A stretch of 26,344 nt of DNA, from the NCBI GenBank assembly GCA_964476435.1, contig CAYZAF010000083.1, forward strand, positions 1 through 26,344, in the 5' to 3' direction. This document shows, in pieces, positions 18,991-26,344 of the stretch; the stretch's first letter is position 1, and the number at the start of each line of letters is the position of its first letter. Below the pieces are notes generated by a model. The model was not told where the DNA came from, ran no database searches, and saw only the letters and a program-made list of their open reading frames with translations. The stretch comes from an uncultured Syntrophaceae bacterium (GTDB lineage Bacteria; Desulfobacterota; Syntrophorhabdia; Syntrophorhabdales; WCHB1-27). A program made the position numbers and the translations under genes.

Positions 18991-20346
18991 ATGATGGAAA
19001 AGAGGACGACAAAGGAAGAACTTCTTGCCAGGGCTGCAAAGCCGGCCCGCGATGCAATGCAGATGCATCCGCACTACCGGGGAAAGATAGAAATGGTACC
19101 CAAGTGCGTGATAAGGGACATCGATGATTTCGCCGTATGGTACACGCCGGGAGTTGCCGAGACGAGCAAAGACATAAAGAAAAACCCTGAAATGGTCTTT
19201 CGGCACACGAACAAAGCGAATATGGTGGCTATCGTGACCGATGGCACGCGTGTCCTCGGTCTGGGGAATGTAGGCCCCCTGGCCGCCCTCCCCGTGATGG
19301 AGGGAAAGGCCTTGCTCTTCAAGTACTTGGGAGGGGTGGACGCGTTCCCCCTCTGTCTCGACACGACGGATGCGGACGAGCTCATCAAGACGGTAAAGTA
19401 CCTCTGCCCGACCTTCGGTGGCATAAACCTGGAAGACATAGAAAACCCGAAGTGCTTTTACGTTCTGGAACGACTGCGCCGGGAAGCTCCTATCCCCGTC
19501 TGGCACGATGATCAGCAGGGCACGGCTGCAGTTACCGTGGCGGGTCTCATAAACGCCCTCAAGGTGGTGGGGAAGCGCATGGAGGATGTGAGAATTGCCC
19601 TCATCGGCGTAGGGGCGGCCAATGTCTGCATCGCCCGCATGCTCATCAAAGCGGGGGTTGACCCGAGGAAGATGATGATCGTCGACAGCAAGGGGATACT
19701 CTCTGCGCGGCGTGACGACATTGACAGGAACACACACAAGGAGAAGTGGGACCTGAGTCGGATGACGAACGGGGAGGGCAGGGATGGCACCATGGAAGAG
19801 GCCATCGCCGGCAAGGACGTGCTTATTGCTCTTTCAGAGCCGGGACCCGAGGTGATCAAAAAGGCGTGGATCACCACAATGACCGATGACGCCGTCGTTT
19901 TCGTCTGTGCCAATCCGATCCCCGAAATATGGCCGTGGGAGGCAAGAGAGGCAGGAGCCAGAGTGGTGGCGACGGGAAGGAGCGATTTTGCGAATCAGGT
20001 GAATAACTCCGTAGGGTTCCCCGCGATCTTCAGGGGCGTCCTCGATGTCATGGCGCGGACCATCACCGACGAAATGTGCCTGGCGGCCGCTGCCGAGCTT
20101 GCGAGATGCGCGGAGGACAAGGGGCTCTCCGAGGATTACATTTTACCCAGTATGGACGAGTGGGAAGTCTTTCCCCGGGAAGCGGTTGCCGTTGCGAAGA
20201 AGGCTATGGAGCAGGGCGTGGCTCGGCTTCGTCTGACTGAGAAGGAGCTTTTTGCCATGGCGGAGCAGAAGATCAGGAGGGCCAGGGACGAGGTAGGCGT
20301 GCTCATGGAGAAGGGAATCATACGGCCCAATGAGGAGTGTCCATGA
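18991..20346 (+). CDS. NAD(P)-dependent malic enzyme
   Basis: WYTPGVAE, VAIVTDGTRVLGLGN, PVMEGKALLFK, FGGINLEDI, PVWHDDQQGT, GVGAAN, CANPIPEI, ATGRSDFANQVNN. GGGAGG RBS. Confidence 0.95.
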   Translation: MMEKRTTKEELLARAAKPARDAMQMHPHYRGKIEMVPKCVIRDIDDFAVWYTPGVAETSKDIKKNPEMVFRHTNKANMVAIVTDGTRVLGLGNVGPLAALPVMEGKALLFKYLGGVDAFPLCLDTTDADELIKTVKYLCPTFGGINLEDIENPKCFYVLERLRREAPIPVWHDDQQGTAAVTVAGLINALKVVGKRMEDVRIALIGVGAANVCIARMLIKAGVDPRKMMIVDSKGILSARRDDIDRNTHKEKWDLSRMTNGEGRDGTMEEAIAGKDVLIALSEPGPEVIKKAWITTMTDDAVVFVCANPIPEIWPWEAREAGARVVATGRSDFANQVNNSVGFPAIFRGVLDVMARTITDEMCLAAAAELARCAEDKGLSEDYILPSMDEWEVFPREAVAVAKKAMEQGVARLRLTEKELFAMAEQKIRRARDEVGVLMEKGIIRPNEECP

Positions 20347-21182
20347 GGGACGTGGCATGTGCGGACATCTCCTCGGCGCTGGAGAGGCTCTTCATCGCAG
20401 CCAACACGGACCTCCCCGCCGCAGTGGTGGAGAGAATTGAGCTGGCGTTGGGCGAAGAGGCGTCGCCCGTGGGTAGGGAGGTGCTCGCAGAGCTTCTGGC
20501 GAACGCCCGGCTGGCCCGGGAGCTTGAGGTGCCCATATGCCAGGACACCGGCCTTGCCGTCGTCTTCATAGAGGTGGGTCAGGACGTGCATCTGACGGGC
20601 GGAGAGCTTGCCGAAGCCGTCCGTGAAGGCGTGCGCGATGCATACGCGAAGGGCCATCTCCGGCTGTCCTGCTGCGACCCTTTTTCCAGGGTGAACACAG
20701 GAGACAACACGCCGCCCATCCTCCATACGTCCATCGTGGGCGGAGAGCACGTAAGGATCATCGCCATGGCGAAAGGCGGGGGAAGCGAGAACTATGGTGA
20801 GGTGAGAATGCTCCTCCCTTCGGAAGGGATGGAAGGGGTGAAGGCCTTTGCCAAGGAGATGGTCCGGAAAGGGGGGCCCAATATCTGTCCGCCGATCACC
20901 ATCGGGGTGGGGGTCGGTGGGAACCTCGAGGCTGCGGCGATCCTATCGAAAGAAGGGCTCCTCGTGCCTTTTGGCCAAAGGAATGTCGATCCCCGCATTG
21001 CAAAGCTTGAGCTCGAAATCCTCGGAGAGATCAACCGGCTGGGCATAGGCCCCGGGGGATATGGGGGGAGAGTGACGGCCCTGGATGTGCACATCAGGAT
21101 ACTGCCCTGTCACATAGCGTCACTCCCCGTTGCGATAAACATTCAGTGCCATGCGCACCGGGTGAGGGAAGTCACGCTTTAG
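20343..21182 (+). CDS. Class I (Fe-S) fumarate hydratase / tartrate dehydratase alpha subunit
   Basis: PICQDTG, RVNTGDN, AKGGGSEN, ICPP, GGRVTAL, PCHIAS, CHAHR; overlaps the malic enzyme stop. Confidence 0.93.
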   Translation: MRDVACADISSALERLFIAANTDLPAAVVERIELALGEEASPVGREVLAELLANARLARELEVPICQDTGLAVVFIEVGQDVHLTGGELAEAVREGVRDAYAKGHLRLSCCDPFSRVNTGDNTPPILHTSIVGGEHVRIIAMAKGGGSENYGEVRMLLPSEGMEGVKAFAKEMVRKGGPNICPPITIGVGVGGNLEAAAILSKEGLLVPFGQRNVDPRIAKLELEILGEINRLGIGPGGYGGRVTALDVHIRILPCHIASLPVAINIQCHAHRVREVTL

Positions 21183-21190
21183 GTGGATCA

Positions 21191-21745
21191 ATGGACATAA
21201 GGCGGATTGAGACGCCCCTGGTGGAAGACGAGATATCGGTCTTGAGGTCGGGCGACAGGGTGCTCTTGACGGGCTACGTGTACACGGCGCGCGATGTGGC
21301 GCATAAGAGGTTCGTTGATGTCCTCGCCGCGGGCGAGCCGTTGCCCGTGGACATTTCCGGCCAGGTCATCTACTACTGCGGCCCGAGTCCCCCTCGCCCG
21401 GGCAGGATCATCGGCGCAGCAGGACCGACGACCAGCTCGCGAATGGACGTTTATACGCCAGCTCTTCTGTCACTGGGCCTCAAAGGCATGATAGGGAAAG
21501 GCAAGAGATCGGAAAGCGTGAAAGAGGCTATCATGCTTCATAAGGCAGTCTACTTCGGGGCGACCGGAGGGGCGGGTGCGCTCCTTTCCCAGAACGTGCT
21601 CTCCTATGAGATTATTGCGTATGCGGATTTGGGGCCGGAAGCAGTAGCCAGGCTCTACGTCCGTGATCTACCGCTCTTTGTGGTAAATGACTCTTTCGGG
21701 AATGATTTGTATGAGATGGGGGAGAGCACGTTCAGAACCACATGA
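21191..21745 (+). CDS. Class I fumarate hydratase / tartrate dehydratase beta subunit
   Basis: YTARDVAHKR, YYCGP, GPTTSSRM, MIGKG, GGAGALL, LGPEAV, DSFGNDLY. Confidence 0.93.
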   Translation: MDIRRIETPLVEDEISVLRSGDRVLLTGYVYTARDVAHKRFVDVLAAGEPLPVDISGQVIYYCGPSPPRPGRIIGAAGPTTSSRMDVYTPALLSLGLKGMIGKGKRSESVKEAIMLHKAVYFGATGGAGALLSQNVLSYEIIAYADLGPEAVARLYVRDLPLFVVNDSFGNDLYEMGESTFRTT

Positions 21746-21814
21746 TCCAGCTGATTTTCCTTTGACTTTTTGGGGCAAATATTTTAAAAAGGGAGAAACC
21801 ATGTTGGGGCTTTG

Positions 21815-22912
21815 ATGCGCGAGATTCGGATAGGAATCGTGGGGGTGGGCAATTGTGCGAGCGCCCTGGTACAGGGGATAGAGTACTACGGAGAAAAGAA
21901 GGAACAGGAAATTGCATCGGGTTTGATGCACTACGACATCTGCGGATATACAGCGCAACATATAAAGGTCGTCGCGGCCTTTGATATCGACAAAAGAAAG
22001 GTTGGCAGGCCTCTTCAGGAGGCCATTTTTTCTCCGCCCAATTGTACGAAGAGGATCGCTCGCACTTTGCGCGACGCCGGCGTGACCGTCGCCATGGGGA
22101 ACCCCCTCGACGGGATTTCGGACCATATGAGAGACTATCCGGAGAACAGAAGGTTTGTTCTCGCAGACGCTGAGCCAGAGGACGTTACGGGGATCCTGAG
22201 AGAGCGGAAAATCGATATCCTTGTCAACTATCTTCCCGTGGGATCAGAGGAGGCAACGAGGTACTACGCCCGTTGTTGTCTCGATGCCGGGGTGAGCCTC
22301 GTGAACTGTATCCCCGTGTTCATAGCATCGGACGAGAGATGGGCAGCCATGTTCGCGGAAAAAGGGATTCCTGTGGCAGGCGACGACGTGAAATCGCAGC
22401 TCGGGGCGACCATCATCCATCGCACCCTCGCAAAGCTGTTCAACGACAGGGGCGTCGCAATCGACAGAACGTACCAGTTGAACACCGGAGGAAACACGGA
22501 TTTTCTCAATATGCTCAACAGGGAGAGGCTTGTGTCGAAGAAGATATCGAAGACGGAATCGGTTCAATCCCAGCTGGATGTGCCGCTTGCGCCGGAGAAT
22601 ATCCATGTGGGTCCGTCCGACTATGTTCCTTGGCAGTGCGACAACAAGGTGTGCTTTTTACGCATAGAGGGCAGGATCTTTGGGGATATCCCCATTGACC
22701 TTGAGCTGCGCCTGTCGGTCGAGGATTCGCCGAACAGCGCAGGATGCGTCATAGATACGATTAGGTGCTGCAAGGTGGCCAGGGACAGGGGAGTAGGCGG
22801 CGTCCTCGAATCGATATCGGGCTACACTATGAAGCATCCCATAAAGCAGTTCTCGGACGAGGCTGCTCGGAGTATGGTCGAAGAGTTCATAAGAGGGGAG
22901 AGGCTCAGGTAG
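21815..22912 (+). CDS. ino1: Inositol-3-phosphate synthase (myo-inositol-1-phosphate synthase)
   Basis: VGVGNCASALVQG, VNYLPVGS, NCIPVFIA, GDDVKSQLGATIIHR, QLNTGGNTDFLNM, SKKISKT, GPSDYVPW, EDSPNSAG, MKHP. Confidence 0.95.
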   Translation: MREIRIGIVGVGNCASALVQGIEYYGEKKEQEIASGLMHYDICGYTAQHIKVVAAFDIDKRKVGRPLQEAIFSPPNCTKRIARTLRDAGVTVAMGNPLDGISDHMRDYPENRRFVLADAEPEDVTGILRERKIDILVNYLPVGSEEATRYYARCCLDAGVSLVNCIPVFIASDERWAAMFAEKGIPVAGDDVKSQLGATIIHRTLAKLFNDRGVAIDRTYQLNTGGNTDFLNMLNRERLVSKKISKTESVQSQLDVPLAPENIHVGPSDYVPWQCDNKVCFLRIEGRIFGDIPIDLELRLSVEDSPNSAGCVIDTIRCCKVARDRGVGGVLESISGYTMKHPIKQFSDEAARSMVEEFIRGERLR

Positions 22913-22921
22913 GTAGGATCG

Positions 22922-23506
22922 TTGATAGGCTCCAGAATAGGTCATCGCCTAGATCCGCTCCTCGTGCGGGTCTACCGTCTTCTTTTCGGAAATGCCTCGA
23001 TCAGCCCCAACATGCTCACCTTCTTCGGTCTGGCCTTTTCGCTTCTCACCTTTTTCTTTACTGCCGTAAGGAGCCAGCTTCTTGCGGCCGGCCTTTGTCT
23101 CCTGGTTTCCGCCTTCTTTGACCTCCTCGACGGCGCTGTGGCCCGCGGCACGAATATGGTGACCAGGTTCGGGGGCTTTCTCGACTCTGTTCTCGACCGC
23201 TACTCGGATCTCATCGTGATGTTTGGAATTTCCATCTATTTCCTGCGTCGGGCAGATGCTTTCTTTGCAATGGCGGCATTCTTTGCAGCCATCGGTACGG
23301 CCATCATACCTTACGCGAGGGCGCGCGCCGAAGCCTCGTCCATCGACTGCAGAAACGGTCTTCTCGAGAGGCCTGAAAGGATCATTCTCCTTTCAATAGG
23401 ATTGTTCTTCCAGGTCCTGAAGCCCGTCATCCTTATCCTTGCCGTACTTTCCCATGTTACGGTCCTTCAGCGGATGCTTCTCGTGAGAAAGGCCAGTCGG
23501 CCGTAA
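22922..23506 (+). CDS. CDP-alcohol phosphatidyltransferase, phosphatidylinositol-phosphate synthase type
   Basis: SPNMLT, DLLDGAVARG...FGGFLDSVLDRYSD (family motif), plus YARARAEA and ERPER as in actinobacterial/archaeal PIP synthases; 9 nt downstream of ino1. Confidence 0.85.
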   Translation: MIGSRIGHRLDPLLVRVYRLLFGNASISPNMLTFFGLAFSLLTFFFTAVRSQLLAAGLCLLVSAFFDLLDGAVARGTNMVTRFGGFLDSVLDRYSDLIVMFGISIYFLRRADAFFAMAAFFAAIGTAIIPYARARAEASSIDCRNGLLERPERIILLSIGLFFQVLKPVILILAVLSHVTVLQRMLLVRKASRP

Positions 23507-23545
23507 GAGATGAAAGAATGCTTCTTTTCAAGGGGGATGGGGCGC

Positions 23546-24604
23546 CTAGCGGGAAAGGTTGGCAATTTCTTCGAGAAGCACCCCTTTGGCAAGCTCCAAT
23601 CGGATGCCTGTCTTTCGAACTGACCCTTTGCCGAACAGGGTTGCCCGCTGTGCCCCGAAGGCTATTCCGATGTCGGCTTCCCGCGCTTCTCCGGGACCGT
23701 TCGCTTCGCAGCCCATGATCGCCACATTGAGATACGTATCGATATGGCTGGTCTCCTTCTCGAATTCCGCGACGATCCCCCGCAGGTCGACCCGGCACTT
23801 GCAGCATGTAGGGCAGGAGACGATGTTAACCCCCCTCTTTCTCAGACCTAAGCCTCTCAATAGATGAAAGGCTGCCGCGACTTCCTGGACTGGGTTTCCG
23901 GTCAGGGAAACCCTGATGGTATCCCCCACGCCTTCGTTGAGGAGAATGGCCAAACCGGCCGAAGACCTGATCACGCCGGAAAAAAGGGGCCCCCCTTCAG
24001 GGAGATGGAGGCAGAGAGGGTAGTCCGAGGCATCGGAGATGCGACGGTAGGCTTCCACGGTCTCAAGCGTGCCGGACGCCTTGAGGGAGATCCCTATCGC
24101 TGCATGGCCCGCGTCCTCAAGGAGCCTTGCGTGGTAAAGGGCACTCTCCACGACAGCAGCAGCGTTCGGGGTCTGGTACTTCTTTTGGATCCTCTTCTCG
24201 AGCGAGCCTATGTCTATGGCTATGCAGACCGGAATGCGGCTCTCTCTTGCCGCAGTCGCCACTTCCTTCACTTTTCTCGCATTGCCGATCACGCCGGGGT
24301 TTATCAAGACGCCGTCGATACCCAGTTCCATGGCCTTCAGCGCGATGGCGTGGTTGAAAAGGACATCCCCTACGATGGGCATCTCCACTTCCTTTTTCAG
24401 GAACGGAATGCTCCTACAGATGTCCTCGTGGGCGAGCGCAACAGCCGCCACCTCACAGCCGACCCTTTTGAGGTCGCGCAGCTGGCCGAGGGTCTGTTGG
24501 AGATCCTGGGGGTCGGTCTTCACCATGGATTGGACGACGACCGGGTTGCCCCCGCCGATCATAGTGCCGCCGACGCTGATTGTCCTCGTTTTCTTTCTTT
24601 TCAA
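23546..24604 (-). CDS. ispG: IspG (GcpE) homolog with an intact Fe-S domain but a degenerate substrate site
   Basis: Full-length 352 aa. Contains VQSM, INPG, GSLEK, KAS, GDTIRVSL, CPTC, MGCxxNGPGEA. Several normally invariant Arg/His/Asn/Thr residues are replaced (see findings), so the function is uncertain. Confidence 0.8.
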   Translation of the reverse strand: MKRKKTRTISVGGTMIGGGNPVVVQSMVKTDPQDLQQTLGQLRDLKRVGCEVAAVALAHEDICRSIPFLKKEVEMPIVGDVLFNHAIALKAMELGIDGVLINPGVIGNARKVKEVATAARESRIPVCIAIDIGSLEKRIQKKYQTPNAAAVVESALYHARLLEDAGHAAIGISLKASGTLETVEAYRRISDASDYPLCLHLPEGGPLFSGVIRSSAGLAILLNEGVGDTIRVSLTGNPVQEVAAAFHLLRGLGLRKRGVNIVSCPTCCKCRVDLRGIVAEFEKETSHIDTYLNVAIMGCEANGPGEAREADIGIAFGAQRATLFGKGSVRKTGIRLELAKGVLLEEIANLSR

Positions 24605-24635
24605 GTCGATTTCCTGCGGACCCGATTCTAGCCTG

Positions 24636-24665
24636 ACTCTACCCTAGTTGCCGGTCTGTTGTCAA
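24636..24665 (-). promoter_or_regulatory. sigma70 promoter of the ispG homolog
   Basis: TTGACA (24665-24660)-N18-TAGAGT (24641-24636). AGGA RBS before TTG 24604. Confidence 0.6.
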
Positions 24666-24817
24666 CCGGCAAAGGACTATCGGAAGCCCTCCCAAGTTAT
24701 TGAGACAGGATTGGTGAAAGCTTCCGGCTTCCACGAAAAATGGAGAGGAGCCTTAAGGGAAGGGAAAAGCACATGAGCGGACAGCCGCTCCAAGAGCTAC
24801 TGACGGCCAGGCTATGG

Positions 24818-25828
24818 TCACGCCACCGAGGTAACGCAGTTTCTCCCCCCATTCTTTGCATTGTAAAGCGCACGGTCTGCCCTGAGCAGGAGGTCATTCG
24901 GCGATTCACCCTGGCTGTGGCACGCGGCCCCAATGGACACGGTGAGCACTCCGAGGTCTTTGCCATCCGCGACCGCCCGTAAAGACTTCTTTGAAAAATA
25001 CTTCCTGATGTTCTCTGCTACCGAGAGGGCACCGCTCAAGAGCGTTTCAGGAAGTATCACCGCAAACTCCTCTCCGCCGAAACGGCAGACGATGTCTTTT
25101 CCCTTCACGTTCTTCCTGATCATTTTTGCCACGAGTCTGAGGACGTTATCTCCGGTCAAGTGGCCGTGCCGATCGTTAAAGTCCTTGAAATGATCTATGT
25201 CCACGAGAAGTATGGACAAGCTGCCGGGTGCCTCGCGAATCATCGAGGTGAGCGTCTCATTAAAGTACCTTCGGTTGGGGATGCCGGTGAGGAAATCGAT
25301 CGACGACTCCTTCTTCACCTGGACGAACTTCTTCTTGAGGACATCGAAGGACTCCGAGGTCTCGTCGAGCTGGACACGCAATGCCCTGCCGCATTCCCCC
25401 AAGGTCTTCGTTGCATTGATTATCTCTTCTGCGGCATTTCTGATATCGGCAACGGAAGGATTGTCGGAGAGCTTATCTATGGTGGAGGAAACGAGGGACT
25501 CGTATTCGGAGGCCTGTTCCGAGAGAACCGTTAGTTCGCCAGCCACGGTGACAAAGATTCGCTTAAGACTGCTCCTGATCTCCTCTAGGAGATCCTCGTC
25601 CCCTTCGTTCCGGCAGAACGTCCGGTAAAGCTCCTCGTTCTTTTCAGACGAGAAGGGAGCGCCTTCCCTCACGAGAAGGTCGATCGCCTTGCTCAAAGAA
25701 ACATCCCAACCGGATACATACCGGTACCACACCATGTAGTTCTCAGGCGTTACCGGCACGCTCAGCTTTGTCATGAGGGGGAGTGCGAGCCTGAGATAAC
25801 GATAAGGTTCATCCAATAGTTCTTCCAC
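24818..25828 (-). CDS. Diguanylate cyclase (GGEEF) with an N-terminal helical domain
   Basis: DFLTGIPNRR, DIDHFKDFND, GHLTGD, RFGGEEF, TVSIG, ADRALYNAKNGGRN. Start GTG 25828 with GGGAGG. N-terminus VPVTPENYMVWYRY resembles the VdcA/DgcB-type cytoplasmic cyclases. Confidence 0.93.
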   Translation of the reverse strand: MEELLDEPYRYLRLALPLMTKLSVPVTPENYMVWYRYVSGWDVSLSKAIDLLVREGAPFSSEKNEELYRTFCRNEGDEDLLEEIRSSLKRIFVTVAGELTVLSEQASEYESLVSSTIDKLSDNPSVADIRNAAEEIINATKTLGECGRALRVQLDETSESFDVLKKKFVQVKKESSIDFLTGIPNRRYFNETLTSMIREAPGSLSILLVDIDHFKDFNDRHGHLTGDNVLRLVAKMIRKNVKGKDIVCRFGGEEFAVILPETLLSGALSVAENIRKYFSKKSLRAVADGKDLGVLTVSIGAACHSQGESPNDLLLRADRALYNAKNGGRNCVTSVA

Positions 25829-26082
25829 GTATCCTCCCTGCCGAATAGGGTGAGAAAAGCACATTATTCAAGGATCGAACATCTGAGATCAGAGAAAGGC
25901 ACAAGGACATGAACCCCTTCCTTAGCTCTTTTTTAGCCTCAAAGTTGTACAAGCCTGATGTCTTAAGTATGTTTTCGGCAAAGAAAGAGGCGCCTTAAGA
26001 CGGGAAGTTCCAGCTCCCGTTCGTGTCGATCACGATGTCGCCTAGATTATCATCAGTGAGTAGCCAGGCGGATCATCTTTTG

Positions 26083-26111
26083 TTGAAAAGCCTCAAGGGA
26101 CTGAGTATAGT
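26083..26111 (+). promoter_or_regulatory. sigma70 promoter of the rhodanese-like gene
   Basis: TTGAAA (26083-26088)-N17-TATAGT (26106-26111). Confidence 0.65.
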
Positions 26112-26142
26112 TAGGAGTATCGATACACAATGGGAAGGAAAT

Positions 26143-26344
26143 ATGCGAAGAAGGGCACTTCTTGTGGTTCTGGCGCTCATCGCAACTGGTTTTGCGGGAA
26201 CGGCTAGCCGCTCGGCAGCGGCCCTTACTCCCGACAGTGTCCAGAAGATCTCTATCGACGGGTTGAAAGCACTGCTCGGAAAGCCCGACGTGGTCATCCT
26301 CGATGTGAGGACAGCCCATGACTGGGACGACGCCAAGACGAAGA
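26143..26344 (+). CDS. Exported rhodanese-like domain protein (5' part only)
   Basis: Hand translation: MRRRALLVVLALIATGFAGTASRSAAA (signal peptide), then KISIDGLKALLGKPDVVILDVRTAHDWDDAKTK, the start of a rhodanese fold. AAGGA RBS. Runs off the window. Confidence 0.8.
   Translation, partial: MRRRALLVVLALIATGFAGTASRSAAALTPDSVQKISIDGLKALLGKPDVVILDVRTAHDWDDAKTK

Noticed and set aside
23511-23530. Hairpin between the convergent PIP synthase and ispG-like genes
   Set aside because: The TGAAAGAA/TTCTTTTCA stem is AT-rich with a 3-nt loop, too weak to call a terminator.
23546-24604. Calling the ispG homolog a pseudogene
   Set aside because: It is full length with no stops or frameshifts, has a promoter and RBS, and retains Fe-S ligands and scaffold motifs.

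Overview
Ordinary chromosomal DNA from a GC-rich, LPS-producing (diderm) bacterium. The gene content and arrangement suggest an anaerobic Desulfobacterota/Syntrophorhabdia-like organism; this is an inference, as no rRNA is present. Left to right: a truncated MBL-fold hydrolase (-), a small zincin (+), a ~220 bp palindromic repeat element, a cold-shock protein gene with promoter and terminator, and a long minus-strand envelope operon (bamA-skp-lpxD-fabZ-lpxA-Gfo/Idh/MocA-lpxB-msbA-DUF374-waaA-mazG). Then come a minus-strand ligA-nucleoside phosphorylase-MTA/SAH deaminase-Mut7C-nth operon behind a highly structured leader, and a divergent malic enzyme-fumarase alpha/beta operon. The window ends with an inositol-3-phosphate synthase/PIP-synthase pair, an intact ispG homolog whose substrate-binding residues are selectively replaced, a GGDEF cyclase, and the start of an exported rhodanese-like protein. 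No CRISPR array, tRNA, rRNA, transposase, integrase or prophage gene was seen. The best leads are the active-site-degenerate IspG paralog, the terminator/antiterminator leader of the ligA operon, the inositol-phospholipid genes in an LPS bacterium, and the array of IS200/IS605-end-like hairpins. Family assignments come from motif recognition by eye, not database searches.
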